A program made the position numbers and the translations under genes. DNA of 63,986 nucleotides, the filler included, from Stramenopiles sp. TOSAG23-6 (Eukaryota): the NCBI GenBank assembly GCA_900128565.1. It is 7 parts of 7 records of this genome, joined end to end, with 100 filler letters (N's around TTAATTAATTAA, not from the genome) between each part and the next. Parts side by side here need not be neighbours in the genome. Positions count along the whole stretch, not along the records: positions 27,776 to 36,862 come from LT636393.1; positions 36,963 to 46,047 come from LT636394.1; 5 more parts are not named here. One strand, given 5' to 3'. The notes beneath the pieces were generated by a model. It was not told the origin of the DNA. It saw only the letters and a program-made list of their open reading frames with translations, and searched no databases. This document shows positions 33,501-44,848 of this stretch, piece by piece. Positions within the stretch are counted from its first letter, which is position 1. Each line of letters begins with the position of its first letter.

Positions 33501-36500
33501 GGATTTTCCCTCTAAGATAGAAAGATCTTCAAGTGAAAAAAGTCGGTGTCAGGTGGGACGTATGCTTCGATTTTTAAATGTACATCAACAGCATGGTATA
33601 TTAAGTGGGTACACAAAGTTATGCCTTCCAATGGCTGTTGTTGGAGTGAAGGGTAATCCTGTAGATGCGCTTGGATTGTGGTTACCTCAACTGATTGTTC
33701 TACAAGCAAACGGACAATTAGGAGAAGCTCAACGACTTGCATATGCGGCCGAGTTAAGTGGTGCGGCAAATTCTGAACAAAATAATGATCCAATGAACGT
33801 GGGCAATGATGCTATGTCACAAATCGCCGCGGTGAAAATGGCAGAAGCGATGGATGCGTATAGGACATCGTCACAACATCTAAAACGAGTATCATATATG
33901 CTTCAACATTTACAAAAAGTTATGGAGGTTGATAATGGTACTTCGGGAAATACTTTGGAGAAATCAGAGAAAACTCATGCCTCTCGTCCACCTTTACAAG
34001 TATCCTTTTGTTTTGATGTAGTATCGACATTTATTCAGCACAAGCAACCATCATTTGCTTCTGCTTTTACATATATTGCTTTAGAGGCGTTATTGTCTTC
34101 GCCAAGTAAGGATTATGCAGAAGAGCTATCTAACTTATGGGCCACTGCATTTAAGCTAGCATTAGACATTGGTGAGTATCCAGAAGCATGTTTAGCAGCT
34201 GGATCTTTAGAAGGCAATGCAAAAGAAGAAAGCATGCGTTGTTTAGTACATGCATTAACAGAGCGTCGCCATCTTCGTTGGGCATTAGATGCTGCTCCTC
34301 CTGGACTTTGGGAACCTTTGACGCGTATATTAGATTGGAAAGCGGAACACAGTTCTCCAGAAAATATGTATTTTGATATGCTTTATGCTGTACATGTTGT
34401 ACGTAGACGATATCGCAGTGCAGCCAAAGCATTAACAGAATTATCTCGTCGATTAGAACTTGTTCCAACTGCACGTGCAGTCCAAAGGCGTGCCAATTGT
34501 TTGCGTGCTGCTGTCTCTACTTTACAGCTAGTACCATCTCGCCATGCATGGCTTTTATTGAAACGTGGTTCGATGGATGACCATGACAGTTTCCGTAATG
34601 ATGAAACTATTACAAAGGATATGAAAAATAGTGTTGACGGTCGTGTAATTGCGGTGTCTCTTAAAGAACTTCGTCGACAGTATGTCTTGGCTAATGTGCG
34701 TGCAAAACTTTTAGATCGTGAAGCGTGCACTGCACGTGATGCTGCAACTATGAATGTGAATGAAGCATTAGCACTTCTTTCTGGGCAAGGTCTCTTCGAA
34801 CAAGCTTTTGAACTTGCTGCCGATGAAGGACTACCGCCGATGCAACTACATGAAATCGCTGCAGCTTTAGCTCATAAATGTGTACGTAGTCAACTAATAT
34901 CTAATCCTCTTGCTGAAAAGGATACTAGTACTCAATGGGCAACGTTAAAGAGTATGCTTAATCGCAGCGATGTTCGTTATAGTGAAGTACAAAACAACTA
35001 TGGTTGTCGCGCTGCTGCAGTATCTGGTGCATTTTCTGCAGATCCGCGTGTTGCTCTTCCCCCTTGGTTGGAAAACCTATTTGGAGGTGATGATCGTACT
35101 AGGGTTACAATTCGATCATGCGGTGGTGATGAAGAAATTGGTCAGCCTATGATACAACGTATTCTTAGTGTAATTGGTCAATTTGGACAAGTAGATGCCT
35201 TAGATCGAGCAAATGGAAAAGATGGTGTTCTTGTTGCTGATTTTGCGTCACCTGTTGGTGCCAAAGCAGCTGTTTCAGCAGACCGAATAACTGTTAATAG
35301 TATACAATTGACCCTTCGGTTCGATGTTGACCAATACTCTGGTAGTGCTGATGGTGGAGGTGGAAACGGATTTGCTGGTGTTGGATCGGATCCGTCAAGA
35401 CTTATTCGTTTATTTATAGAAAAAGGTTTACTTGCAAAAGCATGTGAGATCACATGTTCTCTATTGCATGTTGCTGATGTTGTGGATAGTGATTCTCAGA
35501 CTCCACTGCCACCTCCAGTTCAACCTGCTTGGTTACCTCGACGTTTATTAAGTGAATTATTATGGAGATGCAAAGTCGCGTGCTCTGTAAAAGCTGGTAT
35601 GCTATTGAAACGCAGTGAAAGCGCCGAAGTTGTTCGGGATGAAAATGAGGAGTGTTATTGGCGACAATGTCTTTGTGTGCTTGGTGTAGGTATCGAAAAG
35701 GGTAAATCATTATTTGAATATGGCCCAGCGTTAGATGGTGCTGGTGTAGTCGACATGTCTGAGTTGCACGAAGTCGTTATTGGCAGTGACAATCCATGTT
35801 TATTGACTTTACGAACAAAATTAGGCGCGTATCACTTATTTAAAGCGAGTAGTAATCAAGTTGCTTTAGAATGGCGAGATGTAATATTAAAAAATATGCA
35901 TAATAATGTAAAACACACAACTCTCCCAAGTTGTGAATATAGTCCAATACCTTCTCTTCGAAAAGCCATGATATCATTAGAAAGAAAACTTAACGATCAT
36001 ATTATTACTGAGTGTGGAGAAGAACTACAAAGATGCCATCTCAGAGGATTTGCTCCATTGAAACCGTTTGAAGTAAATCCAGAACGTGAAGCAAGAATGG
36101 CGGCACAATCGATTCAAAAAAAGCAAAGTTCATTAGATACCAACCAAGTCGATAGTATGGTGATGTCAGAAGAAACATCCATAGAGAAAACACGAAAAGG
36201 TATTTCTGTCGGTGGTGGGAGAAATGCTCCATTGTCAGTATCACTCGTAGATGTGTTGCATGAACGGCGTAAAATGTCGGATATAAGTGATAATGCCAAA
36301 ACAAGTACAAATTTTGGTGGTGATGCATCCTTTTCTTTCGGAGCACCAGACGCAGCACCAGCCGGAATGGGAAAAAATGCAGCGGCGGAAAAAAGTAAAC
36401 CTGCTGTGAGTTTTGGTGGAGATGTATCGAAAAATAGTGTAGTAGAAACCGATAAAACACCCGCTTTTGGTTTTGGTGGCGATGCATCATTTTCTTTCGG

Positions 36501-36862
36501 AGCACCAGACGCAGCACCAGCCGGAATGGGAAAAAATGCAGCGGCGGAAAAAAGTAAACCTGCTGTGAGTTTTGGTGGAGATGTATCGAAAAATAGTGTA
36601 GTAGAAACCGATAAAACACCCGCTTTTGGTTTTGGTGGCGATGCATCATTTTCTTTCGGAGCACCAGACGCAGCACCAGCCGGAATGGGAAAAAATGCAG
36701 CGGCGGAAAAAAGTAAACCTGCTGTGAGTTTTGGTGGAGATGTATCGAAAAATAGTGTAGTAGAAACCGATAAAACACCCGCTTTTGGTTTTGGTGGCGA
36801 TGCATCATTTTCTTTCGGAGCACCAGACGCAGCACCAGCCGGAATGGGAAAAAATGCAGCGG
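30544..36862 (+). CDS. Nup160-like nucleoporin with RRM-like and PH-like inserts and an FG-repeat C-terminus (3' truncated)
   Basis: N-terminal EVP beta-propeller region; LW..AFKLALDIGEY.EA...MRCLV..L.E and YFDMLYA.HV.RRRYRSAA match Nup160 helical motifs; intronless. Confidence 0.7.
36312..36862 (+). repeat. 159-bp coding tandem repeat (53 aa, four FG motifs per unit), at least 3.4 near-identical units
   Basis: FGGDASFSFGAPDAAPAGMGKNAAAEKSKPAVSFGGDVSKNSVVETDKTPAFG; the contig ends inside it. Confidence 0.95.
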
Positions 36863-36962
36863 NNNNNNNNNNNNNNNNNNNNNNNNNNNNNNNNNNNNNN
36901 NNNNNNTTAATTAATTAANNNNNNNNNNNNNNNNNNNNNNNNNNNNNNNNNNNNNNNNNNNN

Positions 36963-37026
36963 AAATCGTTAGGTACGAAATTTCGTATGAAAAAAAAATT
37001 AAATTAGAAATTCATATAAAACATAC
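36963..37026 (-). mobile_element. 5' part of family intron (GG|GTATGT), contig start
   Basis: Consensus core and branch motif. Confidence 0.8.
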
Positions 37027-39323
37027 CCTTCATCACATTCAATAGAAACCCCCATGACGGGACATATTGTACCCGGCGAACATTCAAATGTCAGACCAAA
37101 GTTATCATTTATATTTTTTATATTTTGTTCTTTTTTATCACGTATGGTATTTGTAGAAACATCACATGCCTGAGGTGGTAATAAATGTTCTTCCAAACAA
37201 CTTTCTTGATTACGAGAAATAGTTGTATTAAATGCTGCAATATTTCCCATTTTGTTAAATTCACCACTAATATAAATAATTTCATTTTTTACAAGAGTTG
37301 ACATAACTCTAGTTCTTTTGTCTTCTGAATATTTATTTGGAGAAAGAAAAGGAATGATTTTATACGTCGAACCTGTAGGAGTTTTCGATACAGATGTTTT
37401 ATACAAATCTACACGAAATATTGCCATTGGTGTTACTATTTTGCCTTTTTCTGTATTCATATATTGAAATGAACCCCCAATAAATGCAGAGATACAACTT
37501 CCATTTACATATTCACGACACACACATGTATTTTGGAAAAATATTTAAAAAAAAAAAAATTAAAATTTGTTAGGTACAAAATTGCATACGAAAAAATTTA
37601 GACAAAAAATTGAAAAAAAAAAACCATACATGAATACACAGCACTAGCATCATCAAAAGAAATAATCGAAGGATAAAACGTTGGTATTTGATTTTGTTGA
37701 GTTGTATCCTGAAATAAAACTAGTTCCACAATATTAGGAGAATTATTAGACACAAACGACATGTATTGTGAAAAAATACGAATTGTCGNAAAAAAAAAAA
37801 NCGTTNGGNACGAAANTTNCGTATGAAAAAAACAATACATTTGAAATTGAAAAAAAATAAAAGGTACATTTTAAATTGACCACCGACTAATAGTCTATCG
37901 TTGTCAAGTCGAAGTAAATCGTTAACAGGTCCTGGGGTTCCATGACAACACAATGTAGGCATACATTGTAGGAAAATATGTCAAATTTGAAATTGTTTAG
38001 GTCTGTTATAAAATGTAAAATCGTACGAAAAAAAAAAAATAAAAAAAAAATGAAATGAATGATGAAAAATATACATCTCAAAAAAAAAAAAAAAATCTTT
38101 TTTGTTTATAGGTATAAAATTTCATACTAAAAAAAAATTAAATTTCAAATTGAAATGAATGATGAAAAACATACACACTACACAAATAAGGAAATACTTT
38201 AAATCCTAAAGTAGGAAAACAAGTGAATTCATTATTGGGATTATTTGGGTAAGTTGAATTTGTATCCCACATAGCTAGATTCGATGCCATTGATGATCCA
38301 GCATAAGTAAATATACCACCAACAACGACTCGGTTTGGACTGAGTAAGTATTGTGAAAAAATATGTCACTATTGTTTTTGGTTAGGTATAGAATTTGTAT
38401 AAAATAAATAATTTTGAAATTTATAATGAAATCAAACACCGCAATCGCTCGAACAACACCATTAACTCCAGGTATACCACCACTATGTGTCATTGGTATA
38501 ATATTGATTGGTATACCTCTATGATTAGTTTTGTTGTAATATATCTTAATTTTAGCTATGTATTTTGGAAAAATATTTCAAAATGTTTTTGTTAGGTACA
38601 AAATTTCGTACGAAAAAAAAATTGGAATTTGAAAAAAAATAAAACATACATATTATTGACAGTTTGAGCACCCAAGTTTTCAAATTTTCCTCCAATATAA
38701 ATTTCTTCACAGTTAGAAGTGTCCATCAAAGGAGGAATAGCATCAGCACATACCATATCAAATACTCCCACAGAATTTGAAGTTGTGTTCAATCCTACAA
38801 TGTTTGTGTTATTTACATATAACGGTAAAAAAACTTCCTTTTTCGTGTCAAAAGCAGCTATGTGGTTTACAGTCTTGTTTTCAGACTTCTGAAAGTATCC
38901 ACCAACAATTAAATAGTCTTGATTTTTTGGGCATAACATACTAAAAACATTACCCATGAGGATATTTGGATCCTCTTTTTGCATCACGGAAGCATTCTCA
39001 ATATTTATTTGGCCAGGACCAATTGCGGAAAGGGCACGCCATTGATAATCACTGTCACAACTGTGTGTCGCATTGCGAATGCACTTTTCATATACAGCAA
39101 AGTTAAATGCAGTATTATTCCCCTGTATTCGATTGAAAATACCACCTACATACAACTTACCATTATGAATACACTGAGTATTACCATACTTTGGAAGTTC
39201 TATACTACTTTCTATGTCTAAATATCCATTTTTAGAAATTTGAAAAGACAGATGCTCAGCTACTAATTGTCTCATCAATAATAGACATGATAATATTACT
39301 AAACTCTTCAAGGAAGCATTCAT
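37027..39323 (-). CDS. Secreted/membrane beta-propeller protein (Rax2-like lyvGGxF repeats) followed by a Cys-rich segment; six exons, 3' truncated
   Basis: Signal peptide; LYVGGIF, LIVGGYF, IYIGGKF, VVVGGIF, LLVGGQF and FIGGSF repeats; exons join in frame across family introns. Confidence 0.65.
37526..37629 (-). mobile_element. Family intron, GT...AT (104 nt)
   Basis: TCA T|GTATGG...AAAATACAT|GT GTG, in frame. Confidence 0.82.
37761..37867 (-). mobile_element. Family intron, GT...AT (~107 nt, contains Ns)
   Basis: AAA AT|GTACCT...CACAATACAT|G TCG, in frame. Confidence 0.75.
37961..38174 (-). mobile_element. Tandem twin intron (214 nt): units 38174-38075 and 38074-37961, both GT...AT
   Basis: Two donors (GTATGT and GTATAT), each followed by TTTTCATCATTCATTTCA; junction TTTGAGAT|GTATAT; removal gives CSV|PTL in frame. 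Confidence 0.7.
38346..38437 (-). mobile_element. Non-canonical intron, GT...TT (92 nt)
   Basis: GCG GT|GTTTGA...TACCTAAC...TCACAATACTT|A CTC restores RAIAVLSPNRVVVGG. Confidence 0.78.
38558..38649 (-). mobile_element. Family intron, GT...AT (92 nt)
   Basis: AAT AT|GTATGT...AAAATACAT|A GCT gives VNNIAKI; using the adjacent AG would give an immediate stop. Confidence 0.88.
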
Positions 39324-39756
39324 ACTAGAAAATGATATTGGGACTTACTAGATTTCCCTAGGTATTTTACGTTGGATGAATCAAATCAATCTTAATGCTG
39401 TAATAATTAGTTTTAATGAAAATAATTCTTTGCGTTTNCTNGTTTTTTTTTTGACATCGCCGACTTTGACTTTTTTGAGTCAAGTCTTTTTTCATCGATA
39501 GAGCAGGTTTGTGTTGAAGAAGTTTTTGAAAATTCTTTCAAAAAAAAACTACAAACTGTTCGTTCATGTGAACATGACTGTGCACTACCACTGGATATAC
39601 ATCCAAGAATTCCTAATTTAGAACGAGACGTAAACTAGACACAACCAAATATCTTACAACGTTCAATTACTCACAACATTCATCAGATTATTTATCATAG
39701 CATAAAAAAACGCGTGATTTGGTTATTGTCATAAACAATAGAACTACGTAAGAATA

Positions 39757-40239
39757 ATGACAGGTCGTTTTTTTCACCTCTTCTTTATTTTTTTTGGAGT
39801 ACTTCAATTTGCTTCGGCGTCTGGTGGTGTGCGAGGGACGAAAGAAAAACACTTAGATAAGTGCAGGACTTGTGTGTATGTACTTGAAACCATAAAAAAA
39901 ACGCAAAGAATGCATGAAGCACCCCAATTTTTATTACCGTCAATATGTGTTGAAATATTCTCAAAAACTGGAGACGACAAAAAGGACAAAAAAGATTACG
40001 CATATTGTCACCAAACCTTGGCATCACTTTCTACATTTGGTAATGAAGTTAGAAATTGGCTGTCGAACGGTTGCTATAAAGTTGAAGAATATGGTGCATT
40101 GGAGAAGATCATACCTTGTCCTTCTCATGTCATTTGTTCTCAAATGCAAGATTTGGAAAAAAAAGCATTTTGTAGAGAACCTGCATCAGATTTTCCAACA
40201 AAAGAGGTAGAAGAAGCCACAGCTGTAGGAACGCGGTAG
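39757..40239 (+). CDS. Small secreted Cys-rich protein, saposin-like pattern
   Basis: Signal peptide; CxxC...C...C...C spacing. Confidence 0.6.
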   Translation: MTGRFFHLFFIFFGVLQFASASGGVRGTKEKHLDKCRTCVYVLETIKKTQRMHEAPQFLLPSICVEIFSKTGDDKKDKKDYAYCHQTLASLSTFGNEVRNWLSNGCYKVEEYGALEKIIPCPSHVICSQMQDLEKKAFCREPASDFPTKEVEEATAVGTR

Positions 40240-40420
40240 AAACCGTGTTTTTTATGCCAAAAGTGGAAAATCGTAAAAATGCTCTAACGACGTACAAATT
40301 ATTCAAGTATACTTTAAAAAAAAATTAAATAATAAATTGGAATACAAAAATATTTTGAAATAGTTTTTACAGAAATTTCTTTTTTTCACTTTTATGCAAA
40401 ATTTCAATAAATTTAGAATG

Positions 40421-43400
40421 TTACATAAAGGAAGCCAATAGTTTTGGAAAGCTTCCGACTGCTTGACTAAATTCATTAATTTGAAGTTGTCCATCACCAG
40501 ATGCATCATATTTCTTCATAATAGACTGTGCTGCCGCCGCGGCCTTTTGTGTTGAACATCCAACTAAGACAGAGTACATGTATTGTGAAAAATATTTTTT
40601 TTGTACAATTTGTTAGGTACGAAATTTCGTACGAAAAAAAAATTAATTCGAAATTGAAAAAAAATAAAACATACATGGAAGAAAGCTCTTGTAAGTCTAT
40701 TGAATTCGAACTATCCTCATCAAATGCGGAGAAAGCAATCTTAATCTTTTCATCTCTACTTCCACGCATCACTGTACACAAACCTGTCACTAATTCTGCA
40801 ATAGAAACTGTTCCGGATCGATCGACATCAAAAGCGGAGAATAAACTTTCTATCGTCGGTGCCGGAATTCCCGCTTCTATGGAAGTAATTACCTGTGAAA
40901 ATTGAGCGCGATCCATTTGACCTCCTGGTATCATCCTGCGAAAATCTTGGATATATTTCATCAAACGAGGGAACGTAATTGTGACATTTCGAGCTTTCAA
41001 TGCTAGCTTAATTTGACCAAGGCCTGGCATTCGTGCATTTTGGATTCCCATGGCCCCAGCACCTCCATATCCACCACTAAACATACCTCCACCAATGCCA
41101 GGACCAAGACCAAGAGATCCACTTCCTCCAATCATTTGCATTCCTCCCATACCAGATCCGACTCCACCCATTGCTTCCATCGTATTCATAATACCAGCGC
41201 CCGCAGCATCACCACCTAAACCACCTCCTACAGCAGCAACGCCACCTAAACCACCCATAGCACCAACAGCAGCCACACCCCCTAAACCACCAGTAAGGGC
41301 AGCACCACCCATAGCACCCATTGCGGCTCTCGCTCCCATGGCAGCACCCATACCCATACCAATGCCACCCATGCCCATGTATTTTGAAAAAATATTTGAA
41401 ATTCGAAATCTGTTAGGTTCAAAATTTGGTGCAAAAAACATTAAAAAAATTCAATGTTGAAAACGTACATACCCATGGTACCAATACCTCCTCCAAGAGC
41501 GGCAGCTCCAATTCCAGCCATAGCTCTGTGACGATTTATTGCCATTCCCATATGCGCAACACGAGAACCCGCTTGCATCCCCATAGCCAATGCACCATCA
41601 CGACCAAGTCCCGGATCGTTCATGCCCATCGCCCTCATGACTTTGACATCTACCATGTTATTACCAATGGTTTGCGCACGTGCAACAGCTTTCTGGAGTC
41701 GCTCTTGGCTGTCCATAGTAACAAAGCCGCCAGAAGATGGATCTTTAATCTGTACTATGACTTGTGTACCGAACACTTGTGTGATATGGCGACGTAGAAC
41801 ATGCCATTCTAACTCAGGTGGAAATGGACCAATCACACGTTGAATAGCTGCATTCCAAGCAGCAACTGCTTGTATACGATATCCATTTGGACATGGTCCG
41901 TAGGGCATTGACCCACCCATACCACCACCCATCAATCCTTCAACACCCATATATTTACCACCAACGAGAACTAAATCAGGATTTTCCTCCTTAAGCATAG
42001 TCATATTTAGTGATGCTTTCTTCAGTCTATGCCGCTGTGCTCCTGCCTCAGTTGCAGATTTAAGAGCAGTATTCCACATTTGAAGCATTTGTGTGCAACC
42101 AAGAATCACTTCTCGGGAACGTCCTGTAGGATCCGAAGATGCTAAACTTTTGTGCATATCATGCATTTTTTGAAGTAACTCGTACGATAGCTGCTCAATT
42201 GAATGACTACTACCATCAGTAAGCCCTCTCCATGCTTGGAGTGAGTTCTTTGCAACCTCAGCTAATATAACCTTCATAAAAGCTCTTAATTTTTCCATCT
42301 GTTCCAATCCAAACATTTTCAAACCTTTTACATTTTTACTAGCGTCACTAATTAACATGTGCAATGTTTCTAGTACCGGAACGACGAGATCAAAGTTGTA
42401 CACGAAACCTTCAAACTTATACAATTTACTCATAATTTCATCTTTCTGTTGGAAATGTGAGAGAGATGTGAAAAGCCAACGTACCACATTTTCTTTGATT
42501 AGTTCTTCACGAACTTTTTTGTCGCCATCTGAAACCAACTCTTTAATTATATTAGCTGCACGGTGTGCTAATGACGCAGTGTTTAGCAAAACAAATATTG
42601 AACGCAACATACCATCATTATCACAACAGATAGCATGCTCCAAATCTAATTGAAGAAGCATTTCAATATTTTTGAGTGAAAGACTTTTGATAGAAGAGAC
42701 GATACCGTCAGAAATACCTTGATCTGGTCTTTCACTAAGATTTGTCATCATAAACATCAGAGATTTCAAATATGCAGAATTCATCTTATTACTTAACCAT
42801 GCACCAAATGCTTGGGTTTTTGGATAACCAGGATCCTCGGGTTTAACACTGAGCATAAACTGAAGACATCGTAAGCACGAGTGAGAAGTAAGCATCGCTT
42901 GTCGCCCAGTCTGCCATGATCCATTAATGTTATTCACTAAACAACGAGCGACATTTCCATCTAATCCTTCAGTTGCTCCAGGATAAAAACAAGCAAGTGT
43001 GTTGGCAAGACAAGTAACAACATAAGGATCTCGAGCAAGAAAACTTTGTAACCAATATGAAACTTTACGTGGTATAAAAAGTCTACCCATTCGATTGAAA
43101 TGTTCACCTTTCATAGGAGGATGTCCGTGACCGCATAATATACTCAGAACCCATAGAGCTGCACGCATACGTATTAATTCAACTGCAGGTGGTTGAATAG
43201 CAATTACTCTCGGATCTTCACAAATATATTGCAATATTGGAGCAATACTACATTCTACACGATCTTCTGGAATATCACATGCAATTGTTTGCCATTTGAA
43301 TAGATGCTCAATAACGAGATCTCTTGACGACGTGTTATTTGCTGCTATTGCACCAATCAAACGTAGAGCCCATAATTTAACTTCATTACAAGGTGAAAAT

Positions 43401-44404
43401 TGCATATGTTTGAAAACACGAAATAGAAATATTTGTGGTGGCTGACTTCCGTTTAACAAAATAAGTTGTTTTTTGCATTCCATTCGATCTGAATGCCAAA
43501 ATGCATTAGGTGGTGTGTGTGAATACTCGGGACCGTTTACATATGCAGTGAGTACTTCAAGTGTATACCATTGAACTTTGTATTTGAACGCAGCAATTTC
43601 ATTAGATGAAACAGACGCTAACCAATTTGGGTCAAGAAATTCAAATAGTCTCATTGCAACACCAGTTTGATATATTATTTCATATATTTTAATCAACAGA
43701 TCTTTGATTTCATATCTTTGATCTGCTGTGTTGAAGAAACGTTTGACAAGCATTAGACGTTGAAGAGTTTCCATACCTGCTAATACTACTGCAGAGTCGT
43801 TACTTTTTAAACCTTTAATTGACTCGGCAAGTTCACCAGATTTAAACAACTTGGCACACTCCATAGAAAAGTCAACCTTTTGTTGTGGTGTCGGCCGATT
43901 TTCATCCTGCTGAAGATCAAACCAGTCAAAGCAAGATATACTAGTAGCTGAACCATCTTCTTCCATATCCTCTAGTCTTTCTCGGATCATATCAAAATTT
44001 TTATTTTCACGCATTGATAAGTCCACAATGAATTTCTTTATTGCTGTCTGTATTTTTTGACGAGTACTCATACCATTTTTCTTGTCTAGGATTTCCTGTC
44101 CCCCCATCCATTGTATTAAACAATCCTCAAATTCATTTGCTGTGACTTTCCCGTCACCATCTTTATCAACTTGGTCCATGAAAGTTCGTACTTCTATCAT
44201 TGTGGGTTCCCGATCCATCAGTTTACCTATTAAGATCTTGAGTTCTTGATGACTCAGATGCTGATCACCATCTTTGTCGATTAAAGCAAATGCACGTCGA
44301 ACCTCTACTTGAACATCTGATAGTCGGCGCTGAACCTTTGGTTCTTTCGGTTTACCGTCTGGGCCCGAAGGGACCTGTGGTTCTGCAGCACCTTGAGCAT
44401 ACAT
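40421..44404 (-). CDS. Multidomain EF-hand / ARM-like / PB1-like / Gly-Met-rich / EF-hand protein; exons 44404-41469, 41376-40675 and 40577-40421
   Basis: EF loops DKDGDQHLSHQE, DKDGDGKVTANE, DVDRSGTVSIAE, DEDSSNSIDLQE and DASGDGQLQINE. The last is recovered only after GT-AT splicing. Confidence 0.8.
40578..40674 (-). mobile_element. Family intron, GT...AT (97 nt)
   Basis: TCC AT|GTATGT...CACAATACAT|G TAC; contains the perfect 16-bp palindrome GTACGAAATTTCGTAC. Confidence 0.88.
41377..41468 (-). mobile_element. Family intron, GT...AT (92 nt)
   Basis: GGT AT|GTACGT...AACCTAAC...AAAATACAT|G GGC continues the GM-rich tract. Confidence 0.85.
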
Positions 44405-44518
44405 TGAAACAAAATTAAACAAAAAGCTTCACTTGAATGCTTCTTTCTAAATTTAAACTTTGATCTTTTACAATGCTTATTTTAATTGAAATTGTATTCA
44501 CTCTTCTTCTGGTCAATA

Positions 44519-44523
<5 letters not shown>

Positions 44524-44549
<26 letters not shown>
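44524..44549. repeat. (GA)n microsatellite in a bidirectional promoter region
   Basis: Direct observation; a shorter (GA)n lies at 30291-30306. Confidence 0.9.
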
Positions 44550-44848
44550 AAAAAAAAGTCTCTTTGAGGTTTGAACAAGAGAGCGAGCATTTTGATTTTT
44601 TGACTTTGAAAGGCGAAGGAGAGGAGCATCATCCAAAAATTTTATAAATANGAAAAAATTTTCAATTTTTTTTTTGATTTTTTTGTGGTCAGACTCAGAC
44701 GGCAGCAGACTCAGTCAGTGGTGGTCACATCGACATGAATATATATCTCGATCTGGTCTGTCAACACAACGACAACAACGAATTGTGCGAGCAGCATTCG
44801 TACTGATAGTCAGAATATATTACAAATTTTAGCCAATCAGCGAGATTA

